From the human T2T-CHM13v2.0 reference genome, Homo sapiens, in NCBI RefSeq assembly GCF_009914755.1, contig NC_060933.1: 64,000 bases of DNA; one strand, 5' to 3'. Positions 27,850 to 43,374 of the stretch are shown here, one piece after another. The position numbers and the translations under genes are program-made. The notes beneath the pieces were generated by a model, which saw nothing but the letters and a program-made list of their open reading frames with translations, made no database searches and was not told the origin of the DNA. Each line of letters opens with the position of its first letter. Positions within the stretch are counted from its first letter, which is position 1.

Positions 27850-27929
27850 CAGGCCTCATGTCTGCAGCACTGGGACTCAGCACGCCCTCTTCAAAGGGGA
27901 TGTCCATTCCTACATCCTCTGACAGTAGT
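27850..27929 (-). CDS. PRUNE2: PRUNE2 internal coding exon (80 nt, phase 2 to 1): (R)LLSEDVGMDIPFEEGVLSPSAADMRP(E)
   Basis: Acceptor ttttttgcag|ACTA and donor CCTG|gtgaga. Peptide recognised as the PRUNE2 C-terminal region; phase fits the next exon. Confidence 0.93.
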
Positions 27930-30493
27930 CTGCAAAAAAAGCAAAGCAAAGCGCGTCAACAACAACTGTGTAAGACTTCATTTCTTTTGAAAAGGAAACC
28001 CACAGAGTCCAGGATAACATTTTCAACTCACTTAAAATAAACCATGTATGGGGACTGAATCCACTGTAAGTGGTCCCAAATTAAAGACTTTCTGCAGTTA
28101 TGGTAAATGAGAAAAATGGACACCAATTTCACTTGCTTACATCAAGTCACTTCTGCTAGCTCACTTAATAAACACACACCAAGTGGGAAACTCAGAAATA
28201 GGAAATGCAAACAACTAATAAAATATACTTCGGGGACATTTAATATATATATATTTTTAACAACAGGGTCAATATATGTGCTTTGTACACATCTCTTACT
28301 CTGTAAATTTGAGTATTTTAATTAAATTCCCATGGACAGAGGGAGAGCATATTCTGTTGATCTCAGTTTTCATTTGTAAACTAGGGATATACACCTACTT
28401 CACCACGTTGTTTAAAGATTAAGCTACAAAAGTAAAGTGCCTAACACTCCTGAGCAGGCATAGACTGATGTTATTTTTCTTCCTTTTTTGAATATTTAAA
28501 GAGTCACTGTGAATATATGTTGGTGAAGATGGCTCTGGTCATGACTTCCCACCTCTTGTTTCTAATCAGTGCTGAGCCCACAACCATCTGTATTAGCACA
28601 TTTGGTAAGAAGTGTAGGGAAACAGGAAATACCAAAGGCAATTGTGACGAATCTATATGTTCTTCTAAGAAGCTGACCACTGTTCACGATAAATTTCTCT
28701 TGATTTATTTTCATCCCTGGACCTTTGTTCAGTAAGACCCCATTTACCATAATATATATTTCTTCTCTGTGAGTTTCACGTAATTTCATTCACCTAGGGT
28801 GAGTCCTTATGATGTGGGCACTAACCTAATTTTAAACATGATAAACCTTTATGTTAAAGTTCTTAATTTAGTCCCCTTCTGCCTCTCTTACTGTACTTTG
28901 CACTATGTAACGCTGGATCTACCAAACCTTTGGAGTTTAATCTGCTTCTCCAGGATGCAAGTCAAATCCCCTACTGTCAATAAAGCACTATGATGAAAGA
29001 AAATAATCTGCACCCTTAGCGATTACTGCATTTGCTTCATTTATTCAACAAATATCTATTAAGTGTCTACTATGTGCCGAGGATATAGAGGAACAAAACA
29101 GACCCGTCTCATTCTCGTGGTGGAGTTGGGATGATGGAGCTAATACAATGACCCCTACCTTCAAAAACTCAGTGCTGCTCCCCTGGATAGAGGTAAGTGC
29201 CTGTGTACTTACCTACCAACTCCTGAGACCCCTTCAAAAGCTCAGCATCAGGGAGTTTCTTTGTCCACATTCTTCCTGTGGCTTTGACCCTGTGTGTTCT
29301 CTAAAACTAGACCTGTGCCCTGGTAGCAAAGGGGCATGCAAGAGGTTGGCATGTAAGACAGACAATAATGTATCAGCAGGAACAAGACAACCTGTGCCAA
29401 ACAGAGATACACTATGATAGGTGGAATCAAACCACGTTATTCAGCAACAAAGATTGGGGAGGTATGCAAAGAGAAGATCTGCACCAGGCCCCAGTTTTGA
29501 AAGTCCTAGGACCTAGAGGGACAGATGTCTGGGTATCCCATGATCCTGCAGTTTTTGGAATTCCTTACAATGATCTTTGTCATTTTGTGTGTTCTCCTTG
29601 ACATCAAACTTCTCGTACCTGTCAAGTAGCAAAATGCTGCTATTAAGAGCCACTGGGTTTAAATCTTAGTTCTACCACTTACTATGTTGGATTGAATTAT
29701 TGAGCCTGAAATATTCTAAAGGCACATGTACATTATTTTTCTAGTTATCTGCCTAAGAGTCAACCTTGAACAAAAATAAAGATATCAGATTTCTATCTGC
29801 CTGACAGAGCACACAGGATGTGGGCCTTGGCATCAAAATAAATATGATGGTTTTAAAATAGATAGGATCAGCTTAAGTTTAATAGATTTTTTTAAACAAT
29901 TGTGAATTATGGGCAACATCATGGAATAATTGCAGGAGTCCTGCCTGGATATGAGGTTTTAGTTCTGAGTTATAGTTCTGCTGCCAGTATCAACAAGCTG
30001 ATTAACTCTGAGAAGATTAGTTGGCCATTTCTGTGATTTTAAAAGGGGATAATACCCAACATCACAGTGACTGTGGAGAATAAATACAATCCAAATAAAA
30101 GTACTCTGTAAGTCATAAAGCACTGTCTGAGTTTAAGGTATTACATACCCTCCACTTAAAACATAGTACAGGAGCAGTGGTTTAATTAAAGTATGTGTCA
30201 TGGTTGGACAAATCATAATTAAGGTCACTATAATTTGGGCATTAGTCCAGGTAAAAGATAATCTTATTACTGCACAAATCTCCACAGAGCCTAGAAATGC
30301 TCCTCAACTCATTGATGTTAGAAAATAGAGCCTTTGCCTCTAAGTGCTCCTTTTCAACACAAAGCAGAGACCCTATGAAGAAGGCACAGATTTCTTCCCC
30401 CTGTGTTAGCATGCACCGGGGGAAGAAAAATGCTGAAGGCTGTGATCAGCGGATGACCCAAGGAGAGAGATTCACACAAACCCATGGATATTA

Positions 30494-30861
<368 letters not shown>

Positions 30862-31284
30862 CTAGAAGCAAATCTAAGAGAAACCCAAGTCACGCTCTTT
30901 GTAAATACTTCAACCACATTCATACATTAAGCCCATAAACATTTGCAGAAATGAAGTGGCCAAACAGCAGTTGTTGACTAAGCAGGACAGCAGTTTTGTG
31001 ATCAGTAACTGAAGCCTCTCAAGATCTGTTAGGTAACAAACCAGTCCAGTGTAAAGGTCTGTATTTTACTTTATCTATCTGTAGCCTCTACTTAATTTTG
31101 AGTTTCTTTATACAGAATGGAGCTAACCAAGAGGTTGAGGGAGTTGTAAACACAAGTCAGGCTGTACTATGGCTGAAACAGCTACATGTCTCCATCTAGA
31201 GGATGTATTAAAACTGCTTCATGGTTTCTTTGCTGGATGGTACTGTGACATTAACACCATGTGTGTTAGAAGATCAATGTATTA

Positions 31285-31655
31285 TGACATATTGATCTTC
31301 ACCAAGTATTTCTGGCTCTCTGCCTTTTGAGTGCATGGTAGTATTGCACTTTCCTGTCCCCTTTGAAGTTAGGGTAGCCACATGACTTGCTTTGGCTAAT
31401 GAAGAAAGAGTGGAAGGGAGAGATGTCGCTTCTGAGCAGAAGGCTTAGGAGCAAGCGTGTGAGGAGCCACATCCTCTTCCCACATAGGTGGCTGTGGAGG
31501 GGCTCGGCCAGGCTGTGTCCCGAGTGCCTCTGATGAGCAGAGGCCTCGATGAAAGCTTGCTGGAAATGTAAACAAGAAATGAACTTTTGTTGTGTTTTGC
31601 CCTGAGATATTGTAGTTATTTGTTACCACATTACGATCTAGCCCATTCTTACTAT
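31285..31655. mobile_element. MLT1-like MaLR LTR
   Basis: 'ccacatgacttgctttggctaatgaa' and 'ttgttaccacattacgatctagcc'. Confidence 0.65.
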
Positions 31656-31993
31656 ATAGCTGGCCTTTATTGTTTCAAAGGGAATATTTGACTTATGCTA
31701 TGCTCAAAAATTTATTTCCTGATTTGGGTAACCAATTTTCCACATTCTTAGCCCAGATTCATATTGACAGTAAATATCTTTACGTCTGGATTGCTAAAGC
31801 ATCAAAGCATATAGGAACAAAAAGCTTGAAAAGACACTGAATGCTTTTAAATATTCTATAAGACTGAGTATTAATATATCACCTTTAGGGTTTTTGTCAT
31901 AGCCTTTAATCACTTGCCAATTTACTTAACATTTTCTTTAGATTGACTTATTTTATTAAGGTTATTTTGAGAGGAATGTTTGTATCACTAGTG

Positions 31994-32222
31994 TACAGGT
32001 TGAGTATCCCTTATCCAAAATGCTTGGGACCAGAAGTATTTAAACCTTCCGACTTTTTTGGATTTTGGAATATTTGCATTATATACTACAAGTTGAGAAT
32101 CCCTACTCTGACGATCTGAAATCTGAAATGCTCCAATGAGCATTTCCTCTGAGTGTTGTGTCAGCACTGAAGAACATGAATTTTGGAGCATTTTAGATTT
32201 CAGACTAGGGATACTCAACCAT
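31994..32222. mobile_element. Tigger4/MER46-like MITE, opposite orientation to the copy at 25140
   Basis: Terminal inverted repeats caggttgagtatccc ... gggatactcaacc. Confidence 0.8.
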
Positions 32223-32928
32223 TATATGTAAACTTAAATCACTCACGTAAAATAAATGGTGAGTGATTTAAGTTACATAAAATAAATAACATATATAGAA
32301 AAAATTAAATATAATAAAAATAAAATAATACTATTAAATTTAAGTTAGAAACCCCTGGAATCTCACTCAGAGGTTTTTCCTCTTTGCTAAAAGAGAGATG
32401 TTAGGAAGTGTTGGCTAAGTCTGACAAGGTGTAAAGCCATGTATCATTAAAAATACAAGAAATGCTATATGAAATAGCATACTCCAAAAGTTACTAATAC
32501 ATTTCCAAGCTTAAAAAAATAAGATTAAGTCCACAGGTGCCAGAAATAAAGAGTTATTATAGAAGGCTGATAAAAACCTAGCACACAGGGTTCTTGCACT
32601 GGACACAGGACTTAGGGTCTCACAGCATAAGGGACCTCCTGGTGATGGAAGAAAGGCCTAGACCTGAACTTCTATATAGGGCTCTGGACCTTCAGGAACT
32701 TTCCCCTTAACAAAAAGGGGATGGAAAAAAACTCTCTCCTCTGGCCTTGGAGGTTTTGGGTAGAAAATAAAAAGCAACCAGTAGGAGCTGGAGACACTAG
32801 CTGTGGGCCGCTCATGTCTCAATTTATATTACCTGAATGATGTAGAAATGAATCAAGAAATTAAGATGAAAATTCATCTAGGATCACTGAACACCTAGGA
32901 CCCTAGGGTTCCAAAAGAATCAGATGTG

Positions 32929-33240
32929 GGCCAGGCACGGTGGCTCACGCCTGTAATCCCAACACTTTGGGAGGCCGAGGCAGGTGGATCATGAGGTCAG
33001 GAGTTCAAGACCAGCCTGGCCAAGATGGTGAAACCCCATCTCTACTAAAAATACAAAAATTAGCCGGGTGTGGTGGTGCACACCTGTAATCCCAGCTACT
33101 TGGGAGGCTGAGGCAGAAGAATCACCTGAACCCGGGAGGCGGAAGTTGCAGAGAGCCGAGATTACATCACTGAACTCCAGCCTGGGCAACAGAGCAAGAC
33201 TCTGAATCAAAAAAAAAAAAAAAAAAAAAGAAAGAAAGAA
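32929..33240 (+). mobile_element. Alu (AluS-like)
   Basis: TSD aagaatcagatgtg. Confidence 0.92.
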
Positions 33241-33694
33241 AGAATCAGATGTGAAACCACTTGGTAGTGCTTACTTCTACAAGCAAGTTTCACTGGAAAT
33301 CCAATTAGGTGCAAGAAAAAACTCTCTGAAAGATGAGCTCATATAAAAAAACCCTATAAACTACACTTGGGAAAAATACTTTGAGGCATTTCCAGGAGAT
33401 GCAATAAATAGAAAAATTAGCAATAAAAGTAATAAAATAAAAGAATAGCATGAAAGAGGCCATAATGATTAAAGAATAATATCTAAACCTTTGTTGTGTT
33501 AAACCACTGAGATTTGGGGTTGTCATAGCAGGTAATGTCACCAAGACCTCAGTAGCCATTCTGCTTAAAAAAGAAACATCTAAAACATAATAATGCAGAA
33601 GTGTTGACAAGAAAGTGGTATTTTTAAAAAACAGAAAAATACTAAACACAAGAAAGCATTACAATATTATTATTATTTATCATTATTGTTAGTA

Positions 33695-33970
33695 TTTTTT
33701 GGTACAGTCGTCCAGGCTGGAGTACAGTGGTGCAATCTTGGCTCACTGAAGCCTCCACCTCCTGGGTTTAAGCGATTCTCCTGCCTCAGCCTCCCAAGTA
33801 GCTAGGATTACAGGCACCTGCCACCATGCCCAGCTAAGTTTTGTATTTTTAATAGAGATGGGGTTTCACCATGTTGGCCAGCCTGGTCTCAAACTCCTGA
33901 CCTCAGGTGATCTGCCTGCCTCAGCCTCCCAAAGTGCTGGGATTACAGGCATGAGCCACTGCACCTGGCC
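33695..33970 (-). mobile_element. Alu (AluS-like) inside a degraded old L1 (about 33590-34620)
   Basis: TSD agcattaca(a/g)tatta; flanks resemble degenerate L1 ORF2 endonuclease sequence. Confidence 0.8.
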
Positions 33971-36454
33971 AGCATTACAGTATTAATGCCCAGCAAAACA
34001 GACTTCAGAAAAGGCATTATTAAGGCTAAAGAAAGTTATTATTTAGTGATACAAGGAATAATTCTTCAGAAGATGTAATAATTGAGAGCCAATGTGTTCT
34101 TAACAACATAGCCTCAAAATATGTAAAACAAAAATTGAAAATACATTATAAGGCAAAATAAATTTCATGGGGTAAAATCTGAGTATACCTCTCAAGAATT
34201 TATAAATTAATTTGAAAAGAAATATATAAGAATATGGCAGATCTGAACAATGCAGTAATATAGCTTGATCTAATGGAGAGATCTGCAGTCAATAAAAACA
34301 CAGTTTTTTTTTTTTTGAACTCACCAAAACTTACCATACGTGATGTCTCATAAAATACCAAAAGTCAACATCACATGTACTATATTCTCTGACTTCGGGG
34401 CCATACCTCTAGTTATCAATCACAAAAAGTCTCCAATCACAGTTTGGAGACTAAAAAACACACGTGTAAGTAACCAAACAATAAAGCCCTGCACATCCAA
34501 ACTTGTGAAAGCAGCTAAAGAAGTTCCTAGAGGAAAATAAATAGCCTTAAGTTCAGATTTTAGGAAATAAGATGAACTGAATTAGCTAAGCATTCAACTC
34601 AGCCCAGGAAGTTATAAAAAGAAACATGCTCTTAGGTGACTTGATGCTATTTATGCTAAATCTTTGCACCTTCTCTAATGATCCTGAATACCACCAAATG
34701 GAGAAAGAACGGTGATAGAAATGGAAGTCTCCAATTTGAGAATGAAGCCCACGTATATTCGTAGATTGTGTGTTTCTGATACTTACATTTCTTCATATGG
34801 AAGGCTAATTGCAGTATGTGACAGAGAATGAAGGACAACAAATGCAGAACTTTTGGACATAAATGCACCTTCTTGCCTTTAGAACAGGTACAAAATTAAG
34901 CCCATTCTGCATTTTGTATTTTTTCAACGTATCTGAATCTGGAGGGATTTGACTGTTGTTGTAGGATTAGCTTTGCCTGAGATTAGGTTCTTTTTAACAG
35001 GAAATGAGCAGTGAGCCAAGAGCTGGCACACACATACCAGTAGCATTTCTAGATGGTAATGTTTCCTGACAGACACGGATATCCAGCAGCAGGTGGCACC
35101 CCTTTTCAGGAATAACCACTTTTACAAGATTGGCCACTGAAATATATACCTCCATAAAAAGTAAAGTAGCAGGTCATGACATGGGGTCCATTGTTCTTTA
35201 GAAAAATACTGACGGTTATGCTGATATATTTTGGGAAAATGATTACATAAAGAGAAATATCTCTTGTGTTAAGAGTTCCTTAATACTCTCCTGGCTTCTT
35301 TCTAGTCTATTAAGATCTGCTGGACTGATAAGGTTGCTGTCTCTAGAAACAGAGATAAAAAGAAAAAAGAAAACACAAACAAAACCTTTCATGAGGTGCT
35401 TGCCTTCCCTCGTTAAGAATATCAATTAGCCTATGGGCTGGAGGACTGCCATTTGAGGGTTCTTGTCTGATAAAGTAGGCTGCTCCATTTAAGCCAGCAG
35501 TACATGGCACCCTGTGAACCACAGAGTACTTATCAAATTACTCAAAGTAGGAGGTGAGACTGAAGCAGCACTGAGCTTCACACTTTGCCTAATCAAGCTA
35601 ATCCCAAGACAGGAAATGCTACAATAGGAAGCTGGGGTCAAGCCCATGAAATAACGCTCTTTAGCAACAGTTCGCTAACCCAGCTGGGCCTCTCTCATCC
35701 TAGAACAGGTAAGCACTGTGGCCAGGCAGGGAGAAGCATCTTAGAAGCCAGCCAGCTGAAGAGAGATGAAGGAGGGAGGTGAGAGCTGGAAACTGACTGC
35801 ACACAGTAGGAAGATAAGCGCCGAGCACTCGCCCAGACACCTTCTTTAGGGAATGTGCAAAACTGCAGAAACCACAGCTAAACATTCTCAGGTTCTCAGA
35901 GGTGGGGGACACGACGCAGCCTCCTTACCCAGGGTCAGATTCTAAAATTCTGCAGGGAGCAAAAAAATCACTTGTAGCTCAATGATCCTCAAACATTTTC
36001 TTGAATTGTTCCCTGAATAGAGTGTACATGGTTTTGCATGTCAATTTTTTTTTCTTTTTACAGTGAGGCTTAAACATGAAAATTTGAGGAACGCTGAGCA
36101 GGAATAGAAGGAAAGCCTACATTTTTATCATTTCAACCTCTTTGCTTTTCAGAGAATAATTAACTCCTTGGCTGTGAATGATGGATGCATGGAGAATTCT
36201 ACCTCTTGCCTGCAGGCTATTTGCTAGCTTCTTTTAATATTTTTCCTATAACCTTAAGATCTATGAATAGATTTGTTTGTTGTGGAGAAGATTAAATTAG
36301 ATGGCATAATCTCACATTGGAGAGGGGCATATACTTATTTAGGAAGTGAGTTTACAGTTCACAACCAGGATGGCTCAAAGGGATCTCAAACTGAACATGT
36401 TCAAAACCTAATCCCACATCTTCCTCTACGCAGATCCGCTACATCCTACCTTCT

Positions 36455-37275
<821 letters not shown>

Positions 37276-37746
37276 ACATTCCTCATCCTAGTGAATGTCT
37301 CTACATATCACCTGGGCACTCAAGCTCCCAAACTGGCATTCACTCTTACCTTCTTTTCTTTCCCACCATTTCTTCCTCATCCAGTTGGCCATCCAATCCT
37401 ATAAATTTACGTCATCCTCTCCACTCCATTCTCACTACAAAAGCCTTAGTTCAAGTTCATTTTTTTCATGCAGAAACATCACCACCTTTCTGTTTACGAT
37501 CGTCATCCCTACCTCCTCCAAATTATAACTAATATCCTTCTTCATCTTAACCTTGACACCACCTTCTTGTGTTTAAATCCTTTCAATTCACCACTTCAGG
37601 GAAAGAATTTGGCTTCAGAGAAGGGCTCACAAGGCCCTCTTGACCTGGCCCCTAAGCCCAGACTCAAGCCTCCTTTCTCATTCCCCACTCCCCACTTAGC
37701 CTTGCCAATCTTGCTGTCCTGTACTACTCAGTGTGGACATCTCCAT

Positions 37747-37881
37747 CCTGGAACCTCGCCTCCATCCCACAGAATCGGGATCTGGGACCTCACCTCCACC
37801 CCACAGAGTAAGGTCCTGGGACCTCACCTCCATCCCACAGAGTCGGGACCTGGGACCTCACCTCCACCCCACAGAGTCGGG
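37747..37881. repeat. 34-bp minisatellite, 4 copies (cctgggacctcacctccatcccacagagtcggga)
   Basis: Units start at 37747, 37781, 37815 and 37849. Confidence 0.92.
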
Positions 37882-38180
37882 TCATGTCCCATAGCACCCT
37901 GTGCTTACCTCACGTGGATGCTGCCATGTTCCTATGATTTCCTGTTTGAAATGTGTCTGCCCCCACTCCTCCCCACTGCCACCCTCTCCACACACACATG
38001 AATCTCCTGGGGGACAAGCACACCCAGTGCTTAGCACAGGGCTCAGCACATGGTGGAGATGAATGAGTCACTATTGAACAACACAGATTTAGACACGTGA
38101 AGGTGCCCTGCCCTTTGGGTAAAGTGCTCCTCAGAATGTCTCGCCACATAGTGAAACTTGACCATAAAAATTATCTTCCA

Positions 38181-39563
<1,383 letters not shown>

Positions 39564-40189
39564 TTATGGGAGTGTTTTACAAAGAAGTCATCACTGTGAA
39601 CCCAATTAGGCAACGGTCACTCTCTGGTGTGGCACATATTGTGCTCTCTCCTCCAACAGTAAAAGCTCTTTGATAATATTAGGAGCAACTGGGAGTGAAT
39701 TTGAAAGAATGAGGTTCTTCCGAAGGGAAGGGGGAAAAGTAGACCATTGTTTTTCTTCAGAATTGGAGACAATCTTCAATGCCAGGGATGCCAGCATCTG
39801 CAGGACGCCCAAGTGAGCAGCAGAACTGGCTGGGCTGGCAGCATAGGCTCCTGCCATCTGCAGCCCCCATTTCACCTGCTCAGCATCTCCTGGGATTTAC
39901 ACTTTGGGAAGACTGCCTGCCTGCCCCACCCTCCTGCCCATAAGATAAGCTCACAAAGGGTCCCCTTCCCCACAGTGCAATGCAAAGGCTGCACTCTTGC
40001 AGTCTGACTTCCTGCCCCAAGTAGTTCAAGAGTGTGAAGTCATCCAAATGCCTTGGACAAGCTGGCACCAGAAATATGAACCACAGGAACACACATAGAT
40101 AAAATATTCCTTCAACTGCTGCTCAGCAGTTATATTTGCTAATCTGCAGGACATGGGAGGGTTGCCTTTGACTTTTCTGGAGGTGGAAT

Positions 40190-40420
40190 CAGCACAGTGT
40201 TTCTGGAAGGGCTAGATACTGAATATGTTGGGCTTTACATGCTGTACAGTTTCTGTGGCAACAACTGAGCTCTGTTGTCCTAGCACAAACGTAGCTATAG
40301 ACAATATGTAAATGCATAGGTATGGCTGTGTTCCAATAAAACTTTATGGACAAAAATAGGTGGCTGACTGGATTGGGCTTGGTGGGTAGCGTAGGGGGAG
40401 GTTTGACAACCGCTGTCCTA
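40190..40420. mobile_element. MER58A-like element
   Basis: 'tggctgtgttccaataaaactttat..acaaaaa'. Confidence 0.75.
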
Positions 40421-41249
40421 GAGTCTAACAACTTAAATAACATTTCATTTTCTTAAAGTTGAATATATATTTAAAACTGTGAAGCTCTCATATTGGTGCA
40501 AGTGGTACACCCAAATGTGTTTCTATAAGGAATATAAATTGAGGTACAGTTTTTGGTTGTAGTCATCAAAATTTTAAATACACATAGCCTTTGACCAGCT
40601 GTTCTAAGAATATATAGTGCAGAATACTCACAGGTATATACCAAGATATATGTAAAAAGATGTTTACTGTAAAAATACAAAAACAAAACTGGAGGGTTTT
40701 TAAAAACAGTCTGAATTTGATGATCATGCAAACACGAAATAATTAAAAATTTCTCAGATCTCTGATTTTCCCAACTGTGCTATGCTGAATCTTCCTTCCC
40801 TACATCATGCTATCTTGTTACTTTCAATTACTAAAATCTAATCTAGTTTAAAACATCCAGTTTCTCATCTAAAAATTCTATCTCCTTCACTCTCCTACCT
40901 GGGCCAACCAAAGCTGTGCTTCAGGGAATTTGGGATAGGAAGGGTTCTCCCATTCCTCCTCTTACCCCAGGATTCTGATCTGTGAAAAGGGCCTGGGTGG
41001 GAGGGTGAGGTGGAAGCTGGAGAGAGGCCTGGATCATTCTCTCACTCCTCTTCCCAGCCTGAACTCTGGGAGCCCCTCCCTCTGTTGGAAACTTGTAGGA
41101 GTTCCTTGAGGGCCTGTGGGGCCTCCCCACTGTACACTTCACTGATACAGGAGGACCGGCTTCATTCCACATCTTCCTTTTGTCCTCAGCTCCTGGCACT
41201 GCCTCTGGCTGGGGACTTCTCACCTTGGGAGGCATCGTAGTTTGGAGGG

Positions 41250-41580
41250 CTTCCATAGCAAAGTATCGCACACAGTAACTTCACCAACAGAAATTTACTC
41301 GCTCACAATTCTGGAGGTTGGAAGTCTGAGATCAAGATGTCATCAGGGTTGGTTTCTTCTGAGGCCTCTCTCCTGGACTTGAAGATGGCCATCTTCTCTC
41401 TCTGTTTTCACAGTCATCCCTCTGTGTGTGTGCATGTCCTAATCTCTTTTCCTCATAAAGACACCAATCCTACTGGATTAGGGCCTACCCTAATGAATTC
41501 ATTTTAAAGAAACCATCTCCAAATAGAAGATAGGACTTCAACATATATGGATTTGGAGAGACACAATTCAGTGCATAACA
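41250..41580 (-). mobile_element. MLT1A/B-like LTR
   Basis: 'ctcacaattctggaggttggaagtctgagatcaag...acacaattcagtgcataaca'. Confidence 0.75.
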
Positions 41581-41739
41581 GGTGGGATATTACAAAATGA
41601 CTCAAATCTACTACTGTCCATGGGGTCACTGCACCCACAGAACACCTATACCACCTTGTCCCTCCACACAGTGATCACACTGTGTACAAGATCACACACA
41701 GTACAAGGTCACACCACCACCACCCTCTCAAGAATGTTC

Positions 41740-42103
<364 letters not shown>

Positions 42104-42609
42104 TAAGCTGACTTCCAACTGGGCGTGAGATGCCAGTCTTCCTTGTGGAAGGAATTCCAACTCTTTACCCAGGACTCTTCTGGGGCAACCCTCACTTGGC
42201 TTTGGAGGAGCAGAAAGGGATGCACCCCAGTACTCCTAACAAGGCAATGACTTCATAATTCCCTCACTCCTCCCGAGTCTTCTGCTCACATGGAATGGGT
42301 TGAGTTGGGTAAATCTGAGTCACCTTTTAAGAAGCCTTCAGGGAAGCATCTACCCCAACTGCCAAGAGCTTCTTGCCCTCTCTCTCTTTGGGATAAAGAG
42401 TACTTTGCACCACTTTGCCCTCAGCCTTGGACCCTAGTTGTTCATTCAGTGACTTAACAAAATCTTCAGGGAGGAGCCAAGATGGCCGAATAGGAACAGC
42501 TCCAGTCTACAGCTCCCAGCGTGAGCGACGCAGAAGATGGGTGATTTCTGCATTTCCATCTGAGGTACTGGGTTCATCTCACTAGGGAGTGCCAGACAGT
42601 GGGCACAGG

Positions 42610-42918
42610 TCAGTGGGTGCGCGCACCGTGCGCGAGCCGAAGCAGGGCGAGGCATTGCCTCCCTTGGGAAGCGCGAGGGGTCAGGGAGTTCCCTTTCTGA
42701 GTCAAAGAAAGGGGTGACGGACGGCACCTGGAAAATCGGGTCACTCCCACCCGAATACTGCGCTTTTCCGACGGGCTTAAAAAACGGCACACCACGAGAT
42801 TATATCCCGCACCTGGCTCGGAGGGTCCTACACCCACGGAGTCTGGCTGATTGCTAGCACAGCAGTCTGAGATCAAACTGCAAGGCGGCAGTGAGGCTGG
42901 GGGAGGGGCGCCCGCCAT
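42610..42918 (-). CDS. L1 antisense ORF0 (MAGAPPPASLPPCSLISDCC...), open for 102 codons, with splice donors at +106 and +191
   Basis: ATG at 42918 in a strong Kozak context (GCAATGG). Donors CCAG|gtgcgg (exon end 42813) and CCAG|gtgccg (exon end 42728). Expression is not shown by the sequence. Confidence 0.7.
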   Translation of the reverse strand: MAGAPPPASLPPCSLISDCCASNQPDSVGVGPSEPGAGYNLVVCRFLSPSEKRSIRVGVTRFSRCRPSPLSLTQKGNSLTPRASQGRQCLALLRLAHGARTH

Positions 42919-43374
42919 TGCCCAGGCTTGATTAGGTAAACAAAGCAGCCAGGAAGCTCGAACTGGGTGGAGCCCACCACAGCTCAAGGAGGCCTGCCTG
43001 CCTCTGTAGGCTCCACCTCTGGGGGCAGGACACAGACAAACAAAAAGAAAGCAGTAACCTCTGCAGACTTAAATGTCCCTGTCTGACAGCTTTGAAGAGA
43101 GCAGTGGTTCTCCCAGCACACAGCTGGAGATCTGAGAACAGGCAGACTGCCTCCTCAAGTGGGTCCCTGACCCCTGACCCCCGAGCAGCCTAACTGGGAG
43201 GCACCCCCCAGCAGGGGCACACTGACACCTCACACGGCAGGGTACTCCAACAGACCTGCAGCTGAGGGTCCTCTCTGTTAGAAGGAAAACTAACAAACAG
43301 AAAGGACATCCACACCAAAAACCCATCTGTACATCACCATCATCAAAGACCAAAAGTAGATAAAAACCACAAAG

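Noticed and set aside
31269-31300. 12-bp stem hairpin gaagatcaatgt...atattgatcttc
   Set aside because: Short, imperfect and at an LTR edge; plausible by chance.
37747-37881. CRISPR-like periodic repeat
   Set aside because: Head-to-tail units with no unique spacers, in a primate intron.
37468-38001. 177-aa proline-rich ORF
   Set aside because: It stays open mainly because of C-rich L2-like sequence and the 34-bp minisatellite; no recognisable domain.
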